Counted from the stretch's first letter, positions 47,078 through 62,600 are shown. The stretch is 64,000 nucleotides of DNA from Mytilus edulis (GCF_963676685.1 NC_092347.1:98828001-98892000); one strand, 5' to 3'. Notes: a model not told the origin generated them from the sequence alone. Program-made: numbers and translations.

Positions 47078-49059
47078 ACACAGAACTTTAACAGAACGGA
47101 CGCATACTCTTTTTTTTTTTTTTTTTTACATTTCTGATATAAAATATAATCGTTGCATTTAATTTGTGTTGTTTTACCTTCTTTCATAAATCTACAGTCC
47201 CTTTATAGAATCAACACTATACACTACTTTTTCTGTTCTCAATTTAAAGATCGACCAGATCGTCTAATTTGATAAAAATTGAAAACGTAGAACTTCGATT
47301 GAGAATGGAAATGGGGAATGTGTCAAAGAGATAACAACCTGACCATATAGCAGACATCATTGTCATGTTTATGGTATTTACTTTGTGAATAGCACGCTGA
47401 TTCCAATAAGAAAATACTCTGAAGATATAGATTGATGACGTGTTGTCACGTGAGTGTCACATGAGTGCATACATATCCAAGTAACATATAAACGACTAGA
47501 AACGAGAATATATTGTCAAATGATTTCAACTATCAAATTGTTTAACTCACATTCCGTAGCAGTTACATCCCTAAACTTCATCGTACACCGTTTACAAATC
47601 GTAGGTTATACCTTAAACTCGTACATGTTCACACTATATAAACAAATAAGGATGTGCTCATTTCACCAAGAAACTCTGCTCCAACAGAATTATAAGAGAT
47701 AAATCGACAAATAACAAGGTTTATTGCAACATATTAGACTATATGTACTAAACAATTTTGATATTATACAAAGGTATTTAATAAAATAAACATGCTATAA
47801 AATAAGGTATATACCCCGCCACATTCTGTATGTATGTGTCTGTCCCAAGTCAAGAGCCTGTAATTCAGTGGTTGTCGTTTATTGATGTGGTTCATATTTG
47901 TTTTTCGTTCATTTTGTTTTACATAAATTAGGCTGTAAGTTTTTTCGTTTAAATTGTTCAACATTAGTCATTTCTGGGCATTTTATAGCTGACTATGCGG
48001 TATTTAGCTTTGCACATTGTTGAAGGCCATACGGTGATCTATAGTTTTAATTTCTGTCATGTGGTCTCTTGTTAAGAATTGTCTCATTGGCAATTGTACC
48101 TCACCTTCTTTTAATTTATAAAGACGATACTGTTGCAAGTCATTAAAAAAGGCACATTTTGACTTTAATATTATTCAGTTGTAGGGTCTATGCATCGAGA
48201 AAAAACACATTTATTCTAAAACCTGTTTTTGGCATGATACTGGTTTTGTTCTTCTCATTTATTTAATGATTTTATGATACTAAACCCTAAATCCCTAACG
48301 GGAGGAATCGTGCTAGATATTCATATGATGAAGACATAATCTTTCAATGAGTTGAATTGAGGTCTGGAGCTGGCATTCTTTGTTAATTTATGTGTCATTG
48401 TCATTTTGTTTAGTTTCTTTTGTTAAATATTCTGTCTTCGGATTCAGATTTTTAAACTGAGTTTTATTGTGCGTATTGATGTGTGTTTGTTTATTCCACA
48501 TTGGTTAGAGGTAAAGAGGAGGGTTAAAATCTCAAAAAACATATTCAATCGAGCCGACTGTCCGAAGTCAGGAGCCTCGGGTCTTCGGAGTAGAATATGA
48601 CGTCCATAATCACTGAACCAGTACATGTTTTCGTTTAGGGGCTAGCTGAAGATCGCCTCCGGGTAAGGGATTTTCTGGCTGTATTGAGGACCCCCTTGAT
48701 GGACTTCGGCTGTTATCCTCTCTTTTGTCAGATTGTTGTCTTTTTTCCACATTCCCCATTTTCATTCTCAATTTTAAGTTATCTAACATAAAAAGAAAAC
48801 AGTAGTACGCTTTATGGTTATCTACTTTGTTATGATTACTTCTAGGTGTACACATTAAAATCCAAACAAAAATATTTAAAATAAATTCAAAAGAAAATTC
48901 AGGAAGATTTATTCATAGAATCCATTTTTTAGTGTCCCTCGGCTTGTCGATTTTTCCAAGATAAATGTTATGAAGCTGGCACTATCTTTAAACTGATCTT
49001 TCTTATATAGATTAAGTTCTTCAATCAAATGTTGGTAACATATCACTTGATACATCCAT

Positions 49060-49280
49060 CCATAACAAATGATCTCAAATTAAAAGATTTCACAGATACA
49101 GTGAAGTGTGCATTATGTTATGAATAGCATCTAGAACTTTGATGATGGGGATCAGTTCAGAACTAAATTTTTCGACAAAAGACATAATTTAAAATTTCTC
49201 ATTTTATTTACAATTCGCAACATTGCAGCAGCAGCAGCAGCAGCGCATGCATGCTTGTCTAATATATTATCCAGTTGATA
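49060..49280 (+). pseudogene. Second Penelope-like RT remnant (a further piece at ~50820-50940)
   Basis: Reads DLKLKDFTDTVKCA...HLEL, RTKFFDKRHNLKF and NIAAA. The 50840 region reads FYGRHQELVD. Confidence 0.55.
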
Positions 49281-51574
49281 AAAACGAAAATACAAACAAT
49301 AGTCTACAAACTACAAAATAGAAAACTAACTACTGAAAATGTTGAACCGACCATTAAGGCGACAGTAATATACCGCTGTTTGAAAGTCATTGAAAGAAAA
49401 CAAATCCGGGTTACAAATTAAAACCAAGGGAAACACATCAACTATAAGAGGAAAACAACAGAAACAACAGAAACACTATAGTGCAAAAAAAAAAAAAAAA
49501 ACAAAAACAACAACCCCAAAACAAACGATAATGTAACACACACAGACATAAACTATAAGATATTAATTAACAGATTGTGATCCACAAGTGGCACTCGGAG
49601 TTTTATCAAAATAAGTGCACTGTCTTAATGATAACATTTATTCGTTGATGTCATATTCAAAGAAAAGAGTACATGATTTTGTTATGAAGAGTTGGAAGGT
49701 ATCAGTCATAAACTTCTTCACAGATATTCTGGTCAATGGACTCCACACGAATTTAACTTCACCACTGGAATTCTTGGTTTAATATACTGGTATGCTTTGG
49801 AGTCTGGAGCAAATCATTTATCAAGGCTAATTGACAAAGAAAAGCGACACCTAGAAGATAGAATGAAATATTTAAGGACAATGAAAAAAGGAGAAAAACG
49901 GAAAATAATTATGTTCCCAATCCAATTCAGTTTATCAAATATGTACGTTCTGCATGATCTGTTATCCTTACTGTGGACATTAAAATAGTGCTTAGCAAGA
50001 GGAGCAAATGATACTAGAGGGACTGTCCAACTCATAGATCGAAAACAAACTGACAACGCCATGGCTAAAAAAATAGAAAGACAAACAGACAAATAATAGT
50101 ACACAGGTCGACACATCATAGAAAACTAAAGACTTAGCAACACGAACCCCCTCAAAAACTGGGGGTAATCTCATGTGTTCCGAAAGAGTAGGCAGATTCA
50201 CAATCGTGAGAAGGGAACTGGATAGCTGTTTGTTGTCGAATCCAACTCGTTTATATATATGTTTCTAGAGACTCAAAGTATTATATGTCATATGCATAAT
50301 GTCTTTTTATCTTTCATATAGCATTAGTTAAATTACAAGTAATTTAAAAAATACTGAACTCCTAGGTAATAAAAAAAAAATAGGAACTATTGTTCTGAGT
50401 TTGTCTGCACAACAGGCATGACTCTCTAAATCTAACATTGCAATGCTAAAATGTGTGCTATATTTTTGGAAAGGAACTTTGTCTAAAATTACTTACAAGT
50501 CTTTAGTTATATGCATGCAATGTGTATTTCTGCCAACATTTTTTTCAAACATTTCTACTGTTTATGTTTAACATGTTTATTTTTTTCCAAGATTTACTAT
50601 AAGCATTTCAAAAGTCTTTATAATCGGAACTTTTTTTGTATACAAGAAACTCATGATTGGCGAAACGTGTTGCTTTCAGTGTTAATTCATTTACATTTTT
50701 GAAATTTAGAAAAAATTGTCACAAAGGTGTAAAACCTTTCTGAAACAAGTTTACTCAGCTCTCTCTTCTGGACAAATATAAATGATAACGAAATCAAGAA
50801 AATATTTGATAAAAAATAGTTGAGAAAAGTTATCCACGTATTTTACGGACGCCATCAAGAGTTGGTTGACTGACCGTAATGGAAAATATCCGTTTCATAG
50901 ATGATATCAGATACGGTCCTTATGTCGTAGCTACAATCCCTTTATCTTTCACGAATGTGACTAACCGGGTGTGTAACAACATGCATGTGTCCAAAACAGG
51001 ATCTGCACAATCTTCCGGAGCACCCGAGACCACACCTGTGGGGTTCGTGTTGTCGAATTTTTTGTGTTTTATGTTGTGTCTTGTGTACTATTGTTTGTAT
51101 GTTTGTCTTTTCTTTTTTGACCATGGCGTTGTCAGTGTATTTTCGATCTAAGAGTTGGATTGTTCTTCTGGTATATTTCGGCCCTCTTTTATGGGACTCG
51201 TGTTGTTCAGCCTTCATACTGCTCGTAAACGTTATATTTTGATTCGGCCTTCAACCTTTTTTTATACAAGCGTTACTGATGAGTACTTGTAGCCCAAACA
51301 CGCGTCTATCGTACTTTTTTACAAAAAGGTACAAGTGAATTAGTATTGATATGCATGTTGTTATAAATAAACTGTTTGTAAACAACTTTATTTAGAAATG
51401 ATCCATGTAAACTTGTCGCTTCTTTAAAAAAACTTATTCTAAAAGGTTACCTATTCAACACTGTAATAAGATCATTGAATATTGTTTTTATTGGAATAAA
51501 TATTGATTTTGTTATCAGTAGATTAAAAGCTAACTTAATTTTACTAGTATGTTATATATATACATATTCAAAGA

Positions 51575-52256
51575 TCTACATTCTGTCGATACCTGTAACT
51601 TGGCATTGCACAAAGTCATGTTTTTCTCTGACTTTTTATGATGTCTTTACACTAAATCCATTGGATGTTGGATGTGTACGGATTGATAGTTTAGTCTTAG
51701 ATGCATGATTTTTTTATAAGTTGTTAGTGGCTTTGAACTAGCTGTCAGATAACTGCGAGTACTCTCAGATCTGTTCATTGTGTCTTTTTTTGTCGGAATG
51801 TATAAGTACCCGGCCACGTCCACTTATATTTTTGTCCATCTGATGAGTTAAGCCTTTTTCAACTGATTTTTATAGTTCGTTCTTATGTTGTACTGTTATA
51901 CCACTGTCCCAGGTTAGGGGGAGGGTTGGGATCCCGCTAACATGTTTAACCCCGCCATATTATTTATGTATGTGCCTGTCCCAAGTCAGGAGCCTGTATA
52001 TTCAGTGGTTGTCGTTTGTTTATGTGTTACATATTTGTTTTTCGTTCATTTTTTTACATAAATGAGACCGTTAGTTTTCTCGTTTGAATTGTTTTACATT
52101 GTCTTATCGGGGCCTTTTATAGCTGACTATGCGGTATGGACTTTGCTCATTGTTGAAAGCCGTACGGTGACCTATAGTTGTTAATGTCTGTGTCAGTTTG
52201 GTCTTTTGTGGATAGTTGTCTCATTGGCAATCATACCACATCTTCTTTTTTATATT
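51575..52256 (-). mobile_element. Long copy of an abundant non-autonomous repeat (Helentron/HINE-like)
   Basis: Its right half matches 11498-11746 (reverse complement) and ~47815-48115. There is no ORF. The classification is inference. Confidence 0.6.
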
Positions 52257-54390
52257 ATGTTTATCGAAACTCTTATGATGTTGTCTCTGAGGAATACTTT
52301 ACCTGAGCTGTATGCTGCAAAATCGTTCGGATTTATGAATCATTATCGCTTATGACCTATGTAACTGATTTTGCCTTTTAAACTATTTGATTGATTGATT
52401 GGTTGCTAAATGTCCAGTGGTAAACATTACATGGATGTTTAGGACGATAACAAACTATCAAGAAATTCAAAAGCTTGGTCCTTAAAAAACAGCCTTATCA
52501 GATAAAGGACAGGGGAATTTGGACTGCCATCTGTAGATGAGTATATGAGGAATAGGGACAAATGTTGCCCCGCAATAGGCTTCAGTTTTGTACCATCGAA
52601 ACACTAAAAGAGTTGTTTCAATGGTTCCTAACGCGCAAAGAACATTGCACTATCTTTACATGACGCATCGGATCAAACATACCCATTTTGACCGGATGTG
52701 ACTGCGTACTTGATCATCCCATACACTCAACCGCCGCCTTACTTTTTACAGATTCAACTTCCGGTCGAAATAAACCAACAGTGACAATACTTCTATTCCC
52801 TATTTACTCTTGTGGTTAGATTGTAAGAATTTTCGTCATTGATTGGCCTTTTGTAGATGAAACGTGGGTCTGTTATACAAAATTATAAATATGGACTATT
52901 GTTTATTTTAATTAGTTTGTCCTAAATCGACTGATGAGTTTTATTGTCGTCTCTAATGAGCCATTATAGTGCCACAAGCATTAAGACGTTAACCCTTCCT
53001 TTATAAGATACATATCAGACATGTGTTGAATTTTGTTGAAATAAAGTTAGTAACTAGATCAATTATCTCCCAACTTAACCTTGATAAATTATGACAAATG
53101 AATTCAGGAATTGGCCTATGCATAAATGTTGAATAAATGTTTGTAAATATGTATACCTGACATTCAAAATTTATGACAGATATTATTATCATTATTATTA
53201 TTATTATTACAAGGCATTTTTATAGCGCATTATATAACGCTACACTTACCCTAAGCGCTTTACCTGTTAAAACAAATATACACAAGTTCATACAAATACG
53301 TAACTACAAATTTAAAATCAGACCAAAATATGTTTAAAAGCATACAACATCAAATCGAATATAAAAAATTAAGACTCTTAAAACTTCATTAACTTGGTTA
53401 AAAATGCCAAAAAAAAAAATAAAAAAATTAATAGGTAAACATTTTAATACTTGTTATCGTGACTAGATATTTCTAAAATGGCTGAATGCTAATACTGTTT
53501 GGTATTTAAAAATACGTTGCTTAAATATATCGGCTTATAAAAAAGATATTATTAAGGAAGAGGGACGACAGATACCAGAGGGACAGTTAAACTCATAGAT
53601 TGAAAATAAACAGACACTGCCATGGCTAAAAATAAAAAGACAAATATACAAATAATAGCACAGAAGACACAACATAAATTATATAGAAACACGTCAACTC
53701 AGAATAAAATGTACAAATATTAAAAATCAACATCAGTCAAATACAATTTGTCAAATATATAATTTACCAATGACCCATTTATGATGCTATTCCTTCTTTT
53801 CGGTATGTCTTTTATATCGATTAAACAACGCTTCTTTCAATTAAGTGCACGCATAGATTTAAAGTAAAGTATGTGTCGTCAATTAAACTTACTCGAAAGT
53901 TCGTGGTAGTTTTAAATGCATGTATCATTAAAAACTGTCTATAATTTTATGAATCTTCACATAATTTATTTCCTTAAAGCCTCCTGAAGTAGATTTTCAT
54001 TATTTTGTATTAACAATCATGTTGGAAAATAGCTAATTTCAAAGTATCCGCTGGTTTCCCTCGTTGTAACCTCGTGAGAATTGATAACGCTTAAACTATC
54101 TTCACCCACACCCATATGTTTATGGTATTGAAAAACAAAATGATTTGTGGCTGTTTTGGAACTTGGTGCCGATTGGTTTGGTGCTTCGCTACTTGATTAA
54201 CAGGTTGATATATTTATTGTTGATATTGACTGCGTGTAAACATCTGATTGGTTTTTTTTGTAAATGTATTAGTGCTTTTTTTTTTCTTATACGCACATTT
54301 GTTTTACGTCTACTAAGAACTCTATGAAATCCTCTGCTCACTTTACCACATATACGGTTATATACCAGCAATATTATTTTTCTCTATAAA

Positions 54391-55107
54391 GGTAGCACAA
54401 TACAAAGATTTTTCATCCCTAATCAGACATCTTTAAACTGATGTAATTCCACTCATCTTTCTTTAAATTTTATAAATGAGGTACCAAAAGAAAGAAGAAG
54501 GATTAATCTTTCAAATTGTGATAATTTCATTATGACATAATTATTACATAATTAATTATTATGTAATTAGTTGCCATATTGTGATGTCCATACTTGAATG
54601 AATTTAGCTTCTTTGTTATTCATAGCATCCCAAAATATTTTATAGATTCTTGCATAACACAGTTTGACCTCCAAAACCGTGTCTCAGATTTTTCCTATTG
54701 TATTTCATTCTCTCATAAATCTTCAATGAAGTTTGCAATATCAATTCATAAGAGACCACTAAATTCAATTGGGTATAACATTTGTTCTATTGATGTTTTT
54801 GGAAATCTGAGACACAGTTTTGGAGGTCAAGCTGTGTTGTACAAGAATCTATATATAAATATTTTGGGATGCTATGAAGAACACAGACGCTAAATTCATT
54901 CAAGTATGGACATCACAGTATAGAAACTAATTACATAATAATTAATTATGTAATAATTATGTCATAATAAAATTATCACAAGTTGAAAGATTAATCTTTC
55001 TTCTTTCGTCTGGTACCTCATTTATAAAATATAAAGAAGGATGAAATGAATTACATCAGTTTAAAGTTGTCTGATTGGGAGTGAAAAAATCTTTGTATTG
55101 TGCTACC
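54391..55107. mobile_element. Foldback MITE with >300-bp TIRs (GGTAGCACAATACAAAGA...TCTTTGTATTGTGCTACC)
   Basis: The arms are complementary almost to the centre. Termini are GG/CC in A/T flanks. Confidence 0.88.
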
Positions 55108-55785
55108 TTTTAGTTTTTTTTATTTTGTTATAACAATGATCTTATTTATATATAACAATTATGTCAGTCTGCAAGAATGAATAAATCCCCGAACAACATA
55201 ATAATAAATATTGTATTAAATCACATAATTCTTTAAAAGTACAAGAAACAAGTTTAAAAAAATGCTTCTACGAGAATGTTTCCAAACTAGCAATGTTCCT
55301 GGTTCTTCTTGACCTATGAAAAAAGTAAAAACACAAAAATACTGAACTCCGAGGAAAATTCAAAAAAGGAAAGTCTCAAATCAAATGGCAAAATCAATAG
55401 TTCAAACACATCAAACGAATGGATAACAACTGTCATATTCCTGACTTGGTACAGGCATTTTCTTATATAGAAAATAGTGGATTGAACCTGGTTTTAAAGC
55501 TAGCTAAACCTCTCACTTCTATGACAGTCGCATGAAGTTTTGGTCTTTATTATTGAGATCTGTTTTGGCCTTATAGTTGGCCTAAATATATACACACCTT
55601 TGACTTCTTAATTCTTATGACTTGAGTGTTATTTGTTAAAACAACTTTTAAAAGACTTCCAAGACACATCCAATTGACAAAACTCCTTTTTGTTTGTAGA
55701 TTTTAACTTTTGTTTAGGAATTTCTGGGTTTTGTGTTAATAATTTTAACCACACTGCTTACAAGCATTTTAAAAAAGGGAAAATT

Positions 55786-56023
55786 TGTCAATCTATGACT
55801 TTCAAAAATTTACGATAATGAAAAATGATAATTTCTCTCATAAAGAAAAATTATGACGATCAATTGTTGATTGTAACTAAATTTCGACACACAGAGGAAT
55901 AAATTACTTTGATTGATTTGTGGTAACATGTATAATACATCATATTTCATTATGAAACGAACAATATATAAGGCTTCTAGAACCAAGCATTCAGCACAAC
56001 ACTGTACCATCGCACAGAATCAA
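55786..56023 (+). promoter_or_regulatory. Promoter and non-coding exon 1 of gene 4
   Basis: TGTCAATCTATGACTTTCAA at 55786, TGATTGAT at ~55909, TATATAA at 55965, donor CAA|GTAAGT at 56023/56024. Confidence 0.8.
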
Positions 56024-58150
56024 GTAAGTTTCTTTAGTCTGTCATTGTAAAAATACAAATGTAACTGTGTAGTCTTTATAACTGACTGTTTTATCTCAAT
56101 TTATAGTATTTAACTTTTTGTCGATCTTTTTAGTTGACAAAATTTTGCCTTTGTCATTTTAGACAATTGTTATTACTTCTACCAGCTTAATAAATTATTT
56201 GTTAATCACTAAACAATGCATCAGAAATTAACAAATAAACCCCTACAGCAGTCGGCTATAAAATGTTCCCTTTTCTAAAAGATGAAAGTTGATATTTAAC
56301 AGGTTATTTCATTTCTAGATAAACTCAATGTATTTCAAATGACCTGCTGTTTCTATGTCCTTTTTGGTCGTTTGTTTGTTTACATCAGTCGGTTCTTGTA
56401 CATCATTTGGTTTAATATTCGCCTTCGAGTGTTTCACCTGAAGACTCTCTTGAAGCACCAAATTTATTGAGTGTTATTTCCATATCTTTCGTGAGTACTT
56501 TAAAATTGCAAAGTAATATTAGTTACACAGTGTGCAATTGTCCTAATACGAGAATTTGTTGACCCGATCAATTCCGTATTAGGACAATTGAACACTGTGT
56601 GACGAATTTATCCTGATTTTGTTATATTACATATTATTATATTCAAATTCAATGTTAGGACAATATCAATAAATATATTTTAGATATTAAATAAAAAAAT
56701 GTGAAAAATAAAAAATATTATGACTTCAAAGCAACTCAATTGTTTTTTGTTTTTTTTTATTAGATAATTCCAATTGACGTAATAGATAAGGGAGATAATT
56801 CCTATTGACGTGATAAAAAATTGTACTGAAATTTATTAGGACAATTTCAGCCAATCAAATTGCGAGAAATTACTCTAAATCAGGATTATATAAATTATCT
56901 ATAGTAGAACAACATGATAAATAGTGTCAACTAGACCGATTTCTGATATTAGTAAAGTAAGATCATAAGGTTTAAAACATTAAAAAATAATTGTTTGACA
57001 AAAATGAACATTTTTAAGGTGAAAATCAGTTTAAAAAAAATTAAAGAGATTTTTGAAGTTTGGAAAATGTGCAGATGAAAACATAACAATTGCCAAAATT
57101 GTATTACACGTGCAATTCAGTTATACAAACTACTTCTAAGTATAAAATTATTCGGTTTACAATTTGTCATGCGCTAAATCCACTAGAGTCTCAAAAACGC
57201 CCAAAAAACAGTGATATTGCTTCTTTCAAGGTTTTATTCTGTGCTGAAAATGCATATATTTCAAATGGTGAAATTTTGTCAAAAAAAATGCACAAGACAC
57301 AAACGTGCAATTAAGTATCATAAGTAGAAATAAAAATTTACAATTCCGTGACAAAAACGAAATGCGACACCAAGAACCACACATATTTTTATGTGATTTT
57401 TCATCATTATGTTAATATTTTGGTTTCAATAACAATAAATTAAGTCTACTAATTATTAAAGGGATTATGGTGACCTATTATTGTCCATAGATTTGTCTTT
57501 TGGTCTTCATGAATAGAGACAAAAAATGTATCTAAATGGTAGTCAAACCATAGTTTTATATATGTTTATTTAAAGCACATACTATTGTTTTGAATGCATA
57601 TTCAATATATCAATTTGATATCGTTGAGTAAATGACTCATCGTTTTGACCTTTACTTTCTGTAGTGAAACAAACAATACGTATCTGTTTTCATTGTTACC
57701 GACACTGGTATTTACTCCTTGAAGTCTGATAAAATTCAATAAATTGAAAGGGGGAATTATCTGATGGGCCATATCACTAGCCTGATGTTTATAATTTAAT
57801 TCACACTATGATATATCATTTTGCCATTTTCCGTTTTGAAATTCCCTCGGAGTTCAGTTGTTTTGTTATTTATGTTTTTTTTTATATAAAAGGGATGTGA
57901 GTTTTGTGTAGAATCATTTTACAGTAATGTAATCACGTTATCAAGCGTCTGTAGCCTTTCTTTACCATAAACATACGATACAATTACTCTTAAGTTATGA
58001 TGAATTAATTCTATATATGAAAATTTTTACTACTGATTGGCAAACGAATGATAGACATTTATACAAACGACACGGTCAAATTTAACTTCAAGGTGTTGTA
58101 TTCGAGTCTTTCTTAACTGTGTAACTAAGAACATTCTCCTCTATTACAGA

Positions 58151-59679
58151 ATGCAGATCTTAGTTGGTATACTCCTGGTTATCTGTAGCGCAGTCAGCGC
58201 ATCCTACAAAGGAGGATATGGCGGTTACGGAGGTGGATACGGAGGATACGGTGGTGGATTCGGTGGAGGTTTCGGAAGAGGATATGGAGGATATGGAATC
58301 GGAGGTGGATACGGGGGGTACGGAATTGGAGGTGGATACGGAGGATATGGAATCGGTGGTGGATATGGAGGATACGGTGGAATCAGAGGTGGATACGGTG
58401 GTGGATACGGAGGCGGATATGGAAAAGGAAAAGTTGTTATCGTTAAAGGATATGGCGGTTATGGTGGCGGTTATGGTGGATTAGGAGGTGGATATGGCGG
58501 TTATGGTGGTTATGGTGGTGGTTACGGTGGTTACGGAGGTGGATTCGGTGGATTAGGAGGTGGATTCAGAGGTGGATTCGGTGGTATTGGAGGAGGATAT
58601 GGTGGTTACGGTGGTGGATACGGATACGGAAAGGGCAAAGGTAAAATATTGTCTGCTTCATATAATAATTTGACTCTTATTTTCTGACTTGTTTTTTAGG
58701 CCAAAATAATGATTGACATTTATATATTCGTTTATTGACAGTAATTTTATCGAGGTACTAGAAATCAAAATTCATTTCTTTATATTGCAAATTAAACGAA
58801 ATTCATTTTCATTAAATTTAAGTTATTTGAAACAAATCAAAACATTTTAACCCAATGGTTTCATCCTATGGGTTTTACTAACTTAATATGGATCCATAGA
58901 AGGTCAGTAGCACACCAAATAACTCATAATTTGCATCGTGTATCAGTTACGGAAGGTTAAACGTGAATCAAATATAACAGACATGTAATAGTCTTTGTTT
59001 ATAAGATTACATATATGATAGTTGCATTTTAGAGTCATATAAAACTTAAATATGTAACTTAACTCCTGTAAAATATATACGATTAATGCATTTTTTACCA
59101 TACACAATTCGCGGTGAGGCTTAGTTTCGGAAACAAATTGTCTCAGTTAGAAAATTAGAAAATGCCTGTACCAAGTCAGGAATATGACAGTTGTTATCCA
59201 TTCGTTTGATGTGTTTGGACTTTTGATTTTGCCTTTTGATTTTGGACTTTCCTTTTTGAATTTTCCTCGGAGTTATATATTTTTGTGTTTTTACTTTTTA
59301 TTAATAGACAATTGTTTTTAAAAGCTGTAAAACTGTGTTCTATTAGTACATTATTGAAATCTCCCATGATGAACAAACAACTTTTCAGTCTAAAACGTAA
59401 CTTTATCTCCAAGACTACAAAATAATGATTTAAAATTTGAAAATAAATTTTGATAATTGAAATTAAAATCTGACGAAAGGTTACCTGCAATTTGCAAGAA
59501 ATGCGCCGACCGTCATTGCGTTAATACACGATAGAATGCAAAATATATTACTTGTTTAAAAATCGGATTAAATAAGCTGAATTTAAAATTTTAATAAGGA
59601 AGAATCAACAAAACAAAATGATAACTTCATAAAGCCAATGTTATGCTATATATTTTAATTTTATTTTGCAGGATATTAA
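58151..59679 (+). CDS. Secreted Gly/Tyr-rich protein, copy 4 (58151-58640 and 59672-59679; 165 aa)
   Basis: ttacag|A-ATG, MQILVGILLVICSAVSA, GKGKVVIVKG, donor AAAG|gtaaa, last exon ttgcag|GA TAT TAA. Confidence 0.9.
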
Positions 59680-62600
59680 ACAAGACTTTCATCCAAGAGG
59701 ACTACAAAGGATATTATTTTTGTACATTTGTGATATAAAATATAATCATGCATTAAATTTGTGTTTTTTTTCTTTCATTAATTTATTATAAAGTCTTAGA
59801 TTGAAATACATTCACTCACGTCGAAATCATGAACATTCGTTGGATTGCATGATATATGTTAATAATGGATAACGTATCGTACCTTTAATGGTATCAAACA
59901 CGACTGTCATTTTTAAACTAACCTTTTGAATACAAAGTCCAAAGTTTTGACAAAATTAAGCATTATCAACCTTAATTTAATTTACTCTGGTTCCCGATAT
60001 CATAATTGTGTCCAGATAGCATTAGGATTATAGCAAAGTCATTGAAGTTTTGTTTGAGAATTAAATACTACTCTTTGTAATCTTATCGAGGTGTTCAAAC
60101 ATAGCCTTAATCACATCCTATTGAAACATGTACATGATCAACTCTTTTATAACCTTTACACTATAAAAAAGCAATCAGTTCTCATAATTTCTTGTTAATA
60201 TAATTTGAACACTTATTCCAGGACACAACTTTCACGATTTTTTAGGAGGCTAATTATTAACAAACAGAAATATTCCTTTCATTTTCCACCATTTTCGACA
60301 TTTGAAAATGCCTGTACCAAGTCAAGAATATGACATTTCTTGTTCAATCGTTTTTGATGTGTTTTGCCATTTGATTAGGGACTTTCCTATTTGAGTTCAG
60401 TATTTTTGTGATTTTACTTTTCAAAATATCATGAATTGAAAACGATGAGCAAAATTATCTAAAACAAAGTTATATCATAAAGTATGCCATCTAACTGATT
60501 AAACTTCCCTGATATAAAGCAAACTTTTAAAAAGGCGACTATCAAAAAGGCCACAAATAAAAAGATGGTGAATGAAGAAGGCGACTAATCAAAAAATGTA
60601 AAAATATCATATCAATGATAAAAATCAACATTTACAAAACTTCATTTTTTCGACTGAGAAAATGTTGAAGTAAGTGGAACACTAAGCATTTTCCCCAGAT
60701 GTAGATTGAGTTAAAAATTGAACTGCATAGTCACTGAAAATCGAATTCAAGGTGAAAATCAAATTTGTGAACTGAAAAGAAATAAAGTAGTATATATATT
60801 GAGGCACCCGAAGCCAACTTTAAAAGACATGTAGAAACATGTGCCATCCTAATCAACAGACAAAAAACATTGTTTAATTTAACTTCTACTTTAAACACAG
60901 TTGTCGTTTTTACAATTGTAATCCCGTGGCCTATAAATGAAATTTCGAAGTCTTTCTTTCAATCTAAACTTACTTTAATTTTGAAACGAACATATTTAAT
61001 TAGTAAACCAAGGAACGGTACACAATAATTATGGAAATACCAGTCACATTGGATAGTTGTCTCATTGGCGTTACTGTATCGATATAATCATATACGATCT
61101 GAAACACTTTTTTCATATCTCACCTGTCTTGGTCTTATCAACTGATGGAGTAAATAGCTGTTGCGAAGATCTCTTAGGGCATTTATACCAGAATAATTTT
61201 TTTATGGATACTTTTTAACAACACATACGCAAGGTTTTTATATGAACCTATATCTCTCATTGATAAATACAAAGAAGTTGGAAGTATCATAATTTCCTTT
61301 TACGGTTTAAAGATTTAATCTTTCAACTTAATAATTAGACAATTTTCGGACTTCATCTATTCAAATGAACTTGGAATAAAAAATGCCACAGATACACTAA
61401 GTGTGCTTTACATTTTGAAGTTGTAAGACGAAAAACAGTCTATAAAACTCTAAAAAGAAAACTAACTACTGAGAAACATGAACCGACTATAAATTAAGGG
61501 TGATCATAAGTAATTTGTAATGGTGAACAGATCACATTTGGAACCCGACGTTTTACTAATATATAGTTACCGTTTTTATAATGAATTGTATTCGTTTTTG
61601 TCAATATATCATTGCAAATTTACTAGGAAAAGCGTCCTATGGAAAATAGAACAAAATGATATTAAAGAAAGATGAAAAACAGGATAAAAAGACAGAAAGT
61701 AATTATGTTCTGTAGTAAAACTCATCCCATGGAAAAAGTAAGGGAATTTCAAATATTTCCTACTTTACATTAATGAAATATATAATGAATCAACGTATAA
61801 AACATATTTTCGAATTCTGTTAGAAAGTGTAAGTTTTGTTTGATTTTTTTTTATCCCAATTGTCGACATTCAAATAGCCGCTGAATAAGCAACCAGGTCG
61901 CTTTATATTTCCGACTTCCTCTCGTTTATCCAAATTCAAAACTGTAAAGTGCATAAAACCTGTCAAAATCAAGCGATCGATTAGCAAAGGACCGTTGGTA
62001 GTGTAGTACAATTTACAAATTGTAAATATTGGTAAAAATTCTGATACTTGTAGTTTTCGGTTTTAAGATCAATTAAAATGAGGTGTGTTTGAGGATTATC
62101 ACAAAAAATTCAAGCATGTTGCTATCAAAAAGCAAAATTACCAAAATACTCCGATGAAAATTAAAAAAAACAAACGGATCGTCTCCAATCAACTGGCAAA
62201 AATCAAATGCACAAACACAGCAAACATCAAATTTAGCAAACGTTTGCCCTTTAAGCCCCTTTAAAAGTCTAAAATATATCTCTCAAAGCATTTTTATTTT
62301 ATTAAATACCGTTTTATTTCTTTTGTGTATAACAAAAACCGAAATCAAAAACATGTGTTATGCATATCAAGTTGTAAGTTTGTCTTTGCAACAGGCATGA
62401 CTCTTTGGAACCACCACCGCAATGATGTGATATATATTTTATTTCCAAAGAGCAACGTTGTAGAAAATTGCTAACAAGTGTATAGTAATATGTACACACT
62501 AAAAATATCTTATGCCATTCATGTAGACTTTCTGTTAACAATCTTATTTAAAAGAAATGTACTGTTTATTTTAAGGTTTTCAAAGGTTTATTGTAAACAT

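Noticed and set aside
60900-61400. Possible further Penelope-like fragment on the minus strand
   Set aside because: Motif similarity is too weak to support without a search.
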